In this document: piece by piece, positions 26,879-39,765 of the stretch
Layout of the letters: every line of letters begins with the position of its first letter
Numbering within the stretch: the stretch's first letter is position 1
NCBI RefSeq assembly: GCF_009914755.1
Contig: NC_060930.1
DNA from: the human T2T-CHM13v2.0 reference genome, Homo sapiens
Length of the DNA stretch: 64,000 bases
Strand: one strand, 5' to 3'
Notes under the pieces: model-generated
Seen by the model: the letters and a program-made list of their open reading frames with translations, nothing else
Database searches by the model: none
What the model was told of the DNA's origin: nothing
Translations under genes and position numbers: made by a program

Positions 26879-27579
26879 CCCTGTAGTACTAGGTCAGGAG
26901 ACTGATCTTATTTTATGAAATATGGCCCAATTGACATCTTAACATCAAAGACCTCATAATCTTGCTTTTCTCATTCAGTCTTTTTTAATAAAATTCAATA
27001 CAGACAGCCTGGTTTCTTTACGTTGCCCTCAAAACTCCCATCTGAGTTCATTTATTTAATTTGTTTCTCTCACCTGGAATACATTTCATCTTTCTCCTTC
27101 ATTTTTTCAAAGCCTTTTTCCCAACTTCAAGTCCCTTGCATGTAACCCCCAGAGACTTTCTCTGCTCTGAACGCTCTGTGGTTGAACTGACAACTGCAGT
27201 CATAAAGCACAGAGTTATCTGTGTCTACAATGTGCCAAGAGCTAGGGCTTGAAAGAACGGCAGGACAATCCTTGCAAGGCTTCCCATGCTATCAGGGAGA
27301 ATGAGATGGATATTTAAGAAGATAAATATCAATATATTCTATTAGCATATGCCACCTTGTCTCTATCCACAAAGCACTGTGATATGACAGAGTGTTCTGT
27401 GTCACTCATTTGACACTTAGTATTTTTAAAACTACATACATGATGTCTTCCAACAAACACTGAGGTGTTAGTTGAGATGTGGTGATATAAAAAAGCCTCT
27501 CTTCAATAATATACAAGCTTTGTGAGGTCACACCGCTCTGTGACCCTTCTCTTTCCAAGATCAATACAACACACATGGC

Positions 27580-27820
27580 CCTATGTCATAATGAAGAGTG
27601 CAGACTCTGGAGGCAGAAGTCCTCTGTCTGAATATAGCTGAGCCACTTACTATGTGTGTGTTCTCGAGCAAGTTTCTCAGTGCCTGAGTTTTCTTATCTG
27701 TAAAATGGGGCAATAAATTTACCTACCTCATAGAGTATTTGAGAAAATCGAATGAGATAATGTAAGTAAAGCACTTTGCACACTGTTTGGCACATGGCAA
27801 GTCAATAAATGTTAGATATT
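27580..27820 (+). mobile_element. MIR, near full length
   Basis: aagagtgcagactctggag...gccacttact...tcttatctgtaaaatgggg...tggcacatggcaagtcaataaatgttag. Confidence 0.8.
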
Positions 27821-28149
27821 TTTGTGTTATCTCAACATATCTAATGCAAGTGACTGGCAGTCCAATGATACAGTTTCACTGCCTCTAAGGAGTTAGGGGT
27901 GCAGCTGTAAGTAACACTTTCTGCATGATGGATCCTCTCTGAGTTACATAAAATGAAATAGAATTTCATGCCTAAAATCTCGTCTTAAATATAGTATTTT
28001 TTAAAGCTTCATTCCCTGTTGCCCGAGGGACCTATTGCAGGATTCGGGTATAAGCCGTCCCCACCCTGACCAGTGGGCTAGAAACTTTCTACTGGGCACT
28101 CACCTTCAGTCTTGGCTCTGCTGGCGTGAGCAGGGCAGGGTTAGGGACA

Positions 28150-28282
28150 GGACAAGCACATATCCTAGTTCGCCTAAGACCCTTACAGGTTAGGCTTGTT
28201 GTCCCAGTGTTTTTATTAACGGCACTTCCACTTGTTCCTTAGACATGTCTTGGTTTGGACAATAAATTACTCAGCCACCCTA
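28150..28282 (-). mobile_element. MER94-like hAT-Blackjack MITE
   Basis: gcttgttgtcccagtgt...tggtttggacaataaatta...ccacccta. Confidence 0.6.
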
Positions 28283-28423
28283 GTTATAGAGTCTGCTATT
28301 CTGTCCCCCATTAAAGAGCAGAGTGTAAAAGGGAAACATGGGCTGAGTTTAAACCCAGCTTTGACACTGCTGCTCGTTAGCCACAGGTCCTCAGGCAATT
28401 GCTGAATTTGGCTGATTGGTAAA

Positions 28424-28784
28424 TATCTTAGTCCATTCAGGCTGCCCTAAAAAAACACCATAGACCGAGTGGCTTACAAAAAACAGAAATTTATTTCTGA
28501 TAGTTTTGGAGACTGAGAAGCCCAAAATCAAAATGCCAGCAGATTCAGGGATGGTGAGAGTCCACTTTCTTGTTTACAGATGGCATCTTCCAGCCATGTC
28601 CTCACATGGTGGAAGAGGAAAGGCCTTCTGAAGCCTCTTTCATCAGGGCACTAATCCCATTCATGGGACCTCTGCCCTAATGACCTAATCACCTCCCAAA
28701 GGTCCCACTGCCTAATACCTTAACATTGGTGATTAGGTTTCAACATATGAATTTTGGGAAGACACAAAAATTCAGACCATAGCA
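28424..28784 (-). mobile_element. MLT1A0-type MaLR solo LTR inserted in a MIR
   Basis: tcttagtccattcaggctgc...cagaaatttatttc...caacatatgaattttggg...cagaccatagca; exact 5-bp TSD GTAAA (28419-28423, 28785-28789). Confidence 0.88.
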
Positions 28785-28942
28785 GTAAATTTTGCTCATT
28801 AGTAAAATGAAAATAATCATACCTACCTACCTACCTCACATGGCTATGAAAATCACATGAATACACAAGTAGATGTCCAAATATGTGAATTCTTTTGCCT
28901 TTCCTTTCTACCCTGCATGCATGCACAGAAAACAGTCCCAAC

Positions 28943-29002
28943 CTTTTGAGGTTAGGCTGCATCTGCAGGGCGCCTGCTTTTGAGGTTAGGCTGCATCTGC
29001 AG
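28943..29002. repeat. Perfect 26-bp direct repeat with 8-bp spacer
   Basis: cttttgaggttaggctgcatctgcag at 28943-28968 and 28977-29002. Confidence 0.95.
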
Positions 29003-30390
29003 AGAGTCAGCATGGCCTGTGCACGGCATGTGTGTTTCCCAGGCAGTGGGGAGGGACAAGGCCCTCCTGGGTCTGTGTCCCAGATCACTTAGGGGAAAGA
29101 GAGAGACCCTATGGCTACTGATTACAGGCTTTAGCTGTAATCATTCAATTACATCCTTTTATGTTCTATTTTACTGCATCTGAAAGAGGCAAGGATATCT
29201 GGATATCTAATAGCTACATTTACTGGGAGGTGAGCTACTAAAAATAGTCCCACAATCTGTGAGCAGGTTTCCAGGAAATGCTGGACTTGTTAGAGCAGAA
29301 CTGCAAAGAGTCTGTTAATCAAGCCCTTCATTTGAATCACTTGCCCATGCTGCTCGCCCAGGGCTGAAGGCTTAGCTCTTGCTCATAGGAAGTGAGATAG
29401 TATAGCAGAATCTTAAAGGAATATAGGCAATTAAAGGGGAGTTGACGATTAATACTGAAACATGTATGGGGATTGTACAGGAGTGACTTTAAGCCAATTT
29501 AAAGTATCACAACACTAAAACTACCAGGACCAAATGTAATTCATTATTTTAATTCCCTCTGGATAAGATTGTCTCTAGAATTCCAAGTCTTTAATGATGA
29601 TAATGTGTTTTCATTTGTGGATCCTCTCATACCTCAAGCTGGAGAGGCAGAGGGCCCATGCCCTTTTTAAAAATCAAAAGTAAATATGATGAAGTCTTTT
29701 AACTTCACAGATGGATGCTACTGGAGATATTTCAGAATATTAACATACAAGATATTCCAGTTTTCTTGCAGTTCTTACAAAGGGCAGAGACAAAGCCTGA
29801 TTAGAATGAGTTTGCATTGTCAGAATTTTTGAGTCTGGCATTTTCCTTGAGTTTAAATGCTATATTAATAAATTCTGAATATAGTTTAATGCCACTACTT
29901 TTTCTAACTTGAAGTCAATTATTAAAAGATCAAAAATTATTAATGTGTTTTAAGGAAGAATACTGTGGAAATGAAATACAACACACACAGTAAGCACCTT
30001 AAAAAAAAAGTTAGTACTTAGCATTAAAAAATAAATGATAAAAATACAAAATTGAATTACTAATTTATTTTGAACTTTAATAAAATAAATTAAAATACAA
30101 TACCATTTGAAATTAAGGGTAACTAATCATCTGCTAGAAACAAAAAATTAAGGTTTTTTAAAAAATTAATTGGACCATTAATTCAGGATGCACTTTAAGA
30201 CATTTTGTAAAGAATTTTTCATGCTCCATCTTTGACAAAACAAATGGTGGATTTAGGTAAAGGGATAAAAATGGCAGTAAATCCATAACAAATGTTTTGT
30301 CAGGAGGAAATAAACACCTTTACATGTAGTAGACAACACTATTTTGAAGTGGGAATTGATTTCACCTTATACTTCAGTTTTGTTTCAAAT

Positions 30391-30475
30391 TGTTTATTTC
30401 TGTTAAGAGATAGGGGGGAGTTCCCGACAAAAATCTTTCAATCGGCTGTTAATGAGTCACTTGTGGTCAGGTTCA
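30391..30475. promoter_or_regulatory. Candidate inducible enhancer motif cluster (FOX, NF-kB, AP-1, RUNX)
   Basis: TGTTTAT 30391, GGGAGTTCCC 30416-30425, TGAGTCA 30453-30459, TGTGGTC 30462-30468 in unique sequence; motif match only. Confidence 0.35.
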
Positions 30476-30946
30476 CAGACAAAAGCCTTTTTATTGACTG
30501 AGCTGGGTCAGATTTCCAGATTTTTCCTACCCTTTTTCATACCATGAAGACAAAACAAGTCAGAGGAGGAGTGTTGTGGGGACGCCCGTCATCTCAAGTT
30601 TTTGAAATAGGGGCAGCCATCAAGAAAGTTGCTTCAAGGATGGGATCTTTTTCTGGATTTGCTGTGAACACTGAGACATTCTGGTTCAATCTTTGTATGT
30701 TCAGGGCACAACATTCTCTTTCTGCAAGTGATGTCATATTTGGGGGCATAGCTGTAAGTCAACAGGGCTAAGCCCGGGCTGTTCTGTCTTTGTTCTAGTT
30801 CTGCCCTCAGTAGCCATGCGGCATTAGCCATGTCTTTCAGCCTTGATATCTGTCAAATGATTGGCGATCAGGCCTCTTCTCAGGTCCCTTCCTACTAATT
30901 ACTAATTCTATCTATATTTCCTGTTGTTTATAATCAATATATAATA

Positions 30947-30950
<4 letters not shown>

Positions 30951-30982
<32 letters not shown>
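30951..30982. repeat. (TG)16 microsatellite
   Basis: Direct observation. Confidence 0.95.
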
Positions 30983-30987
<5 letters not shown>

Positions 30988-32614
30988 ATAGTTTAGGTTA
31001 GATAACTACTCATATATTGGTAAAAATAAAGAACTATTTTGTTTATAATAATGCAGTTTCAAAATTCAAAACAAACTTTTTACTTGATTCTTGGTCTTGT
31101 GATAGTTTAAAAAATCACCTCTTACCACCTTTTTTGGGGCTCCAGTCTTAATTTTAATCACAAAGGAAGTGGTAATTTGTTAGGCCAATAACAGAAAATA
31201 ATAAAAATAGTTAAAAAAAAATGTGAGGAGAAACAAAAGGCAGACCAGGTTGAAGAAAGTCATTTCTTTTCTTCAGCAACATCATGATATGTGGTAAATT
31301 AGGAAGTGTGTTGATACACACTGTGTATTTGTGTATATGTAGAAGAGGAGGTGGTATGTTGCTAAAGGAGAGTCCAAGAGATGATTAAAGGTCAAATGTC
31401 AACCATTTGGCTGTGGTTTTTATGTGCCTTTTACATTTATTGCTCCCCCATAAAAGTAAAATGTGACTAGTTAAATAAGTGTTGCTAAAACAGGATATTG
31501 AAGTTGTAATAATGGGAAAGCATTGCAAAGAACCCTTAGAGAAATTCAAGTCATTTCACATATTAATTTCTTAAAATTGATTTTTTTCTTTCATGTTTTT
31601 AAGAAAAAATTCACTTAAAATAATAAAGACTTCTACATTTAGCGCCTATACATATAGTGGCTTAAAAAAAAACAGTTTGAAATAGAAAACTGTCCTCAGA
31701 TCCTTTGGTATGCAAAAGCATCGCATTGAAAGGGAAATCTGCGGCTGAGCATGCTGTGATTTTAATTTTATGTTTTAAGTTATTGGAATAAAATACCAGA
31801 CACTGATAGTCACACAGTTTTAAAAAATCAACCTAAGACCTTTATCTGTCATACCTCCTCTCCTGGGGAAAGACAACGTGGCAGGGCCTTGCTTCAAGAG
31901 CCCAGAGAACTGGCTTCTTGTTCCCAGTCTACCACTTACTGAGCTGCTGCAAATTTGATTCCTTCTCAGTCTTCCTGGTTTCTAATTACCATGTCTGTAA
32001 AACAGGAATAAACAAACTTCAATAAAAACAGGGGACCTGATCAAATGTCACTTGACTTCACTTCCAGCTTTAAGATCCAGTGAATGTGTCAACTCATGAC
32101 TAAAAATGCACTGAAAAGGGGGGCGGGGGGAAGAAAAGAAAACCACTCCTGGCATTCGCTGAAATAGTCAGCAGAGATTCCACTCTCTCATTCTCACTTT
32201 CCACCACACTCTGCTCCCTGGTTCTCCCCCATTCTCCCACTATCACTGCGTAGCTTACTGGTCCAGGGGCTTATCAGCTAACACCAATGGTCTACTGGCT
32301 GTGTCCTCCTGCCCCTCAACTCCCTCTCCCACACAGCACTCCTTCTTCCTCAAAACAGTTGAGATCATCATGTCCCTATCTCAAATCTTATGTTAGAAAA
32401 TTCAGATTTGGTCTGCCACTGAAAGCCCTCCATAGTCCAGCTACAATTATCCTTTTTAGATCTACAGCTCTTCATTCCTTGACCCACAGAAATTCTTGGC
32501 TTCAAACAAATGATATTATTAATTTGGCCCGGAATTAAAGTGATCATATCCTGTTGCATAAATTTTTCCCAAACCATTCTCTCTGTCCCTCACATGCAAT
32601 GAATTGGAGGGATT

Positions 32615-32656
32615 ATCTTAGTTGGAGAGAACTGCTCCAGCTTCTCCAACTAAGAT
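32615..32656. repeat. Perfect 14-bp inverted repeat with 14-nt spacer
   Basis: atcttagttggaga (32615-32628) / tctccaactaagat (32643-32656). Confidence 0.95.
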
Positions 32657-34779
32657 CATCTCAGCTATGCTTCACTTTCAGATTCAAATCCTGCCACTGC
32701 TAAAAGGTTCTCTTTCTCTCTTTCCTCTGAACTTCATTAATTAATCATATGTTTATTATTCATCTGGCTTTTTGCACTTACTCTTTTTGTTAATAGTTTT
32801 ACTGCCCATAGACCCATGTTTCTTTCCCGAACTGGGCTATCAAGTCCTTGAAGGATGGACCCTAGGCTTGTCTTTCTCTGTCTCCTGCACAAGTCTGCTA
32901 TAGGACTTTCTGAGTAATATAAAAACAATGATAAAAATGTGTCTATGTTACGCTTACATTTAAAATCAAGTTGTCCATTTCTGTGAGATTTCCTTATTCC
33001 TTGACTAGAACTGTCATCACATGAACTATATACTCACTTGGCAAAGTATGAAATATATAGAAAACTAAACCTGCTTGCATTATTTATTCTTAAATGTCAA
33101 CGGCCTTTCAAGTTATTATGTTTAGAAAGATCAGTGGCAAATGATAAGCAAAATTATTAAAGTGTTTTTTCAATTTCTTTTAAATATATCAAATAGAATT
33201 CTAATATTTGGTCATAGCATTTATTACAATTACTTTCAGTACCAAAAATTGAACACCTTCCCCTTGTCTTATGTTCTCTTGGAACCAGTGTTCTTAAATT
33301 AAAAAAAAAAAAAAAAGATAATGATTGTATCATAGCCAAAATATGCTTCCTGGTGATTCAGAATTAAAATGTACTACTTGCAATCTTTTATATCACTAAC
33401 ATCTGGAAAAGCATAAGACAAAGCCTAAGTGGTTTTAAGAATGACATTATTCAGATATGATTATTGTTGGAAATGGTCACAACTTGAGCTAATTGAAAAC
33501 TTTAAGGGCTAGTTTTTATATTACCTTAATTTTCCCCATAATAAAGTGAAAGGCCTATTTCAAAGAAGTCTAAAGGTCTCTTATATTATAGGAATTAGTT
33601 ACATACCTAGATCATGCTTTGCTATAATTCACCTTGTTTTTACATTATGTTTTATGACCTTCAAGGGGAAAAAATAGAAAACTATAATGAGAAACTAGAG
33701 AGGTTGAAAATGTAGGTGATTTTCCTGGCTTGTTCTCCAGTGAATTTCTAGTTGTGTACCCAAGGCCTTTAAAACTATCTAATGGGGAACATTGTCTTTA
33801 TCTGAGGCTTCTTGCTAAAGGGACCATGGAGAGGGTTCCTCAGCCTCCCTCGGTGTCCCTAGCTGGAATTATCACTCTTTCTTTAAACCCAGCAGTGTTT
33901 ATGCCTCTCAAAATCCCATCCTTAGAGATGGGCAATGAAGATGCCTGTGGAATTCTCCCTCCTGTATTAGTTTAAAAAGCACGTTGGCCAGATTTTCTTT
34001 AGGCTTTTTAATCATCATTGCTTTTGCATTAAAATTTCTTAATGAACTTCCACTTCATTTGTCTTTTGACACCATCAAGTTCTGCTCCTTTGAGGCCTAA
34101 AGTTGTGCTTGGAAATTTCCCAGCAGGTGAATCTTGAGCCCAGGCTGGCAGACAGCACCTGTGGAAAAGTCTTTCGAGCCAAGCGTCAAGAGGAACTTAG
34201 AAATTCCACATCTGAGCCCTGAAGGTATATGCGCCAGCATGGAGTGCTGGAAATGTCAGGGGCTCTCATGAAGAAAGACTGACTTCTATGTAGAGAGATA
34301 ATTCCTAAATACAGCTACCTAACATCATGCTAATTCTTCTCTTCTGATGTCACTGTCTGGAAATATCCTCAAGCCATCTTCTATGTTCCCTAAATCTCTT
34401 AAGGAGGAGGCAGGAAGTTCTTCAGACCAATTATATAAGTTTTGGTTTAAAAGCTTGATTTTCTAGGGAGCTGTTATGAACACAAAACAAGTATTTCATT
34501 TTTAAGAGGCATTTGTTCTAGATAAGTTTTTGGAAACCATTTAATTTAGACCAAAATCACTTTTAGACTTTGCCATGAAGGGTCCCATTGGTGTTTGTTT
34601 AGTGATTTCCATGTGTAAATGTGGCTCTTCTGTTACTTGTCTTCATCCTGTAATCTGCCTGGATGAGTCACTCTTAATAAGTGGCTCTCCAATGAGCTGG
34701 TCCACAGTTTTCACAGTGGTTTCAGTGGCTCTAAAAATGACCCCATAGGAAAAGAAGACTGTGTATGAGCTACCTCCCC

Positions 34780-34963
34780 CGACTGAGGAATTCACAGAAC
34801 CTGTTAGTTTAGTAAAGTCTTCAGAATTTCAGCAGTGCAGAAATGTGATTGGCTTTGTGTAACAGTGCTTCCAAACTTATTTGGCCATGAAACTGAAAAT
34901 GTGGATTCTGGTTTCATCCAGAAAAATTGGTATTTCTCAGAACACACTTTAGTAAACACTGGG
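34780..34963. mobile_element. hAT-Charlie-type DNA transposon fragment (MER112/Charlie4-like)
   Basis: cagtgcttccaaacttatttggccatgaa...gaacacactttagtaaacactg. Confidence 0.5.
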
Positions 34964-35211
34964 TTAAGTATCTTGCCTTACCAAAAAAAAAAAAAAAAAA
35001 AAGGAAAGACATGATTTTTTTTTCAACACAAAATATAACAAATAAACAACTATTCCATTTTTATCCTACAATCATTTTCCATTGTCTAACCACAGGCTTC
35101 TCACTATTGTTTCAGATAGTGTGATCTCAGGTACTCTAAGTACACACTGCTCATTTTAGTCCAGTTTTGAGGAATGTGTGTTTAAAATGTGACTTTAAAA
35201 ATGTGTCTGGG

Positions 35212-35471
35212 AGCTGGGCGCGGTGGTTTACACCTATAATCCCAGCACTTAGGGAGGCCGAGGCGAGCAGATCATGAGGTCAGGAGATCGAGACCATCCT
35301 GGCTAACATGGTGAAACCCCGTCTCTACTAAAAATACAAAACAATTAGCCGGGCATGGTGGCGGGCTCCTGTAGTCCCAGGGAGGCGGAGCTTGCAGTGA
35401 GCCAAGATAGCACCACTGCACTCCAGCCTGGGTGACAGAGCAAGACTCCATGACAAAAAAAAGAAAAAAAA
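35212..35471 (+). mobile_element. AluY-type with ~39-bp internal deletion in the right arm
   Basis: gagatcgagaccatcctggctaacatgg; cctgtagtcccag joined directly to ggaggcggagcttgcagtgag. Confidence 0.92.
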
Positions 35472-38400
35472 GTGTCTAGGGATTCCATATGCTGTCTGGA
35501 ACTGAGAAGGGTGGCAAACAGCTTGGGCTTCCACACACACGCACATACTCTGTCCCATTTCAACTTTTTTGTTACATTGATAGTGGGGCAACAGGACAGA
35601 TAGCCTGGGTAAGTTTCTTAAACATCAATGGAATTTCTAATGAGATGATTGAAACTACACTCTATTAAATATTTAAGGCCTAAAACATGATTAGAAAATA
35701 GGATCATCTACACAAAAACTGTGAAGGTGGAATTTCTAATTTAAAAAAAGACAATCAAAAGGAAGAACTCTAGGCCCAGTGGTACTTTCTTCATTAATGG
35801 ACTCTGGAATAATAATAACTTCTAGTTATATAAGGCATAGGACAGAAAGCACACAATGCTAATGATCTGAGTGCCTTAAAAACACTAAATGAGAGGTGGA
35901 AACTCTCCTCTGAAGGGACTGCAGAAGACAGAGAAGAAGAAGGAGCTGAGTGGTCCCAAGACCCATGATCTTGTAATTTCACCAGTGTCAACCTATAGCC
36001 AGAAAATGATGAGTCGTTCCTCTGCAATGTAGCAACGACCCTAAAATCCCCTGGTCCACTTGAATTCTCAATAAACTTATCTCTTTTATAGCCAGTAATT
36101 TTTTCAACACTAAGGTTTTATTTTCAGAAGGTTAACTGTGGAGGAGTCAGAGGAAAACCACAGGATACATTTTTTTTTTTTAAATCATAGTTTACACGCT
36201 ACCTTATCCCAAAACTGTATTGTCCCTCTGGTTGCCCACGAGCCTACTATGAACCTATACCAAAGCATGGGTTCCCGAAATCAGGCCTTATTTATTTGCT
36301 TTGCAAGGAGAAATAATGGTGAAGTTTGGCCTGTGAATTTCATTTCCTTCTTCCCTCCTTGCACTTACTTACATTTTTCTAGATGGACATCCCTGACACC
36401 CAGATTGCTTTCTCAGGCTATCACAATCCAACCATTAGCCTAATTGCCATGCCAAGATAGTGTCTGATACTCCACGGAGTGCAGCAACAGAAAGAAGTGC
36501 AGGGCAAAAGGGAGCAGAACCGAAATACAGAGAAAGAGCATCTGGGGAGTCTTGGGCAAGAAAGCCTAGAAACTGCTGATTTGATTTGGGTCAGGCCCAT
36601 GGTATACAACAATGAGGGAATACATTTTAAATAATACAAACAAATCTCATACCTTAAAAAAAGAGAAAGGCCATGAATCAGATAGACTTTTCTTTGAGCC
36701 ATATTTCATATGAACTTAAGAAATAGAAAGGATGAAGCCACATGGAAAGGGATCCCCCACATAAGTGGGTGGAGAATTGTACCCTTCAGTGCTTATCATG
36801 AGTGCCTGAGGAAGCAGGAAAGTGGCTTGCTTGGAACTGCAGAAAGTCAGATTCTTCCATAAACATGAGAGACAGGTCTGGGGTCTCAAGTCTGCAAGGT
36901 AGCAACGTGGGTTAAAATACAAAGCAAAAGTCTGGATTTATGCAGAGTAGTAAAATGTAATAATTAAAATGGTCAATATTTATTTGGTGCTTTACATTTT
37001 AAAAATATCCTCCACCTTCATTGCCTCATTTGATCCTCAGAACTCCACCACGAGGGAGGTTCTATACTAAATTCATTCAAAATTGTCTAGCGGAATCTTT
37101 GCTTTAAATATCCTAAACCATTTCTATTAGATTCACTTGAACTGTAGCCCCAAGTCAAGCATTGTAAGACCCAATCTCTAGGAGCTAGTTTGAGTCTCAT
37201 ACCTGAAACTCCCATAGGAAACCTTGGTCAGACTCTATGTCCCAATTTTGCATTCATAAAATATTTTCTCATTTCACAGTTGAGAGTACTAGAGCCCAGA
37301 GACATCAGATTCTTTGCCCAAAATAACATGTCCTGAAATACAAACAGAGGTCTTTTGATTCTGGAACTATCTTCTGTCCCTTGCACCAGGCTTTCTCTTA
37401 TGGCACGCTTGCAGATTCTATTTGGCTACAGTGGAAGTTCCTGGTACAAGGCCTTACTCTCTGAAAGCAACCACAGAATATGTGCTGAATTAGTTAAAAT
37501 GAAGGAAAGCTTTCAGCAGTCTCTCAGGGTCCTACTTGAGTCATCTATAAGGTCAGAAATGAGGCACTCCTGCGTGGCCTGAGTCTATGGGCCCGAAATG
37601 GAGTTCAGCAGGCACTTAAAACATCACCGCGTGAGAAAAGTAACAATTTCCATTAATTCTGACCCAACTGTTTCCCTGGCTTATGGTATCATGATGCAGA
37701 CATGGTTAGGCTAACAATTAAAATAATAACCGAAATTTGCCCTCCCCACACACATCCCAGTGAAGCCCCTGTAAAGTCCCCCCAGGACATTTCTGGGAGT
37801 GTGAGGAGCTGTCTTAGGTGTGTCTCTTCGATGGCTGTGAGCTCTAGGGCTTTCCTTCTTCACCAACACACCACTCTGCCGCCAATGCTCATAAAGCCTT
37901 CAGTGCCACCTGAAACAGACCTTGACACACCAACACTACCAGCCACAGTGCTAGGGCACGCTGTCCTCCCCACAGAGGCAAAGAGATCATTCTGTTCCAC
38001 ACTGTGTCACACTGAGTTACTGCAGATCCCTTTACCCCTGCCTCTCATGATCTCATAGAGACCTTCCAGCTTTTCCTATCTCACTCCAATGCCTTAGTCC
38101 ATGTATCCTAGAAAACAGGGAGGCTAAGGAAACACATCACCACATGAAAACTCCAATGTGAAAATCTCTACCCTCCCGTTAAGCAAGCCTGGTGGCCCAC
38201 CAACTTCTCAACCTCATTAGATAAGCCCAGATATGTATCAGTGTCCTCTAGGCCCAGCCTGGACCCTCCCTCCTGCATCCTCAAACAGTTACAAATGCAA
38301 TGGCTGAGGCTAAAGTTCTCTCACTCCCTGGGCCACAGATTGCTAACTGGGATATCCGTTCCCTTGTTGCTCCACTTTAAGCCTGACCTTGATATTCATC

Positions 38401-38649
38401 TTACCCACAGTTCTCTGAAAATTTTGGAGCACTGTGCTATAAGTTGTTCTCTGCCCCAGGTAGGAACTTCCTCCAGAGATGGACCTGCCTTTGATTAGAG
38501 GGTTCTAAACTGCTCCAGGCCCCACTCTCAACCAGGACTTCCATAATTTGGAGTGCATTCAGAGAGACGTTGAAGGATCATTAAATATTTAAAGCACTGA
38601 GAATATTGGAGGAAAACAAAAGGCTCTGGGGTCACTGGCAGCATCCTGC

Positions 38650-38800
38650 AAGAGAAAGAACATGAGTTTTATAATCAGAGAGACCTACATTTAAATCCCA
38701 GATTTATCTTAACAGTAGTGTGACCATGAGCATTTACTTTGCTTTTCTAAGTTCCAGTTTTCTCACATCTGAGATGAAAATTAAATGTACTTATTTGATT
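38650..38800 (+). mobile_element. MIR fragment
   Basis: tttaaatcccag...gtgtgaccatgagcatttact...ccagttttctcacatctgagatg. Confidence 0.6.
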
Positions 38801-39242
38801 CCCCATGTTGCCTAATATCTAATGAGAGATATTAGAAACAATGGGAATTTTTTATGTGTGTATAATAGAAGCCCATTTATTCTTGCTCACAATTAAAGGA
38901 ATGTTGACTTTAGAAGTTTGGAAAATAGGGGAACTAAAATTCTTGTTTTATAGAAATGATAGAGAAAATGCTCTGCCCTCCACCCAAACATAGGCCTATC
39001 ACTATGTGGGAACCCCTGAACTTAAGGATTTCTCAGAGTCTTGAAATACAGAAATGCTAAGATTTGTCAAATCAACTGTCCTACACCAAATAGTTCCTCC
39101 CCTCCACCTTCTAGTAGCTTCAAGATGTGAATCTATGTGAAAATATATAATGATCTTGCATTTTAGGATAATGTTTAACAATTTTAAGATTAGCAAATAA
39201 ATTCAATTTCAGATTAGCAAGCAAAGTTTTAAATTAAGCATA

Positions 39243-39554
<312 letters not shown>

Positions 39555-39631
39555 TTAACAAGCATTCCTTTCTGTATTCTGAATTTAAGTCTATCTTATT
39601 TTTACCACTGTAGGACAGAGGAAAAAAGACT

Positions 39632-39765
39632 ATACATGTGTATGTACGTGTGTATGTATGTTATGCATGCGTGTATGTATATATACACATACATGCATGT
39701 ATATATACACATACACAGATACATATGTAATACACATACGTATGTGTGTGTACATAGGTGTGTGT
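39632..39765. repeat. Mixed (TG/TA/CA)n alternating purine-pyrimidine tract
   Basis: Direct observation. Confidence 0.85.

Noticed and set aside
28943-29002. CRISPR-like repeat-spacer
   Set aside because: Only two copies, an 8-bp spacer, primate DNA and no cas genes.
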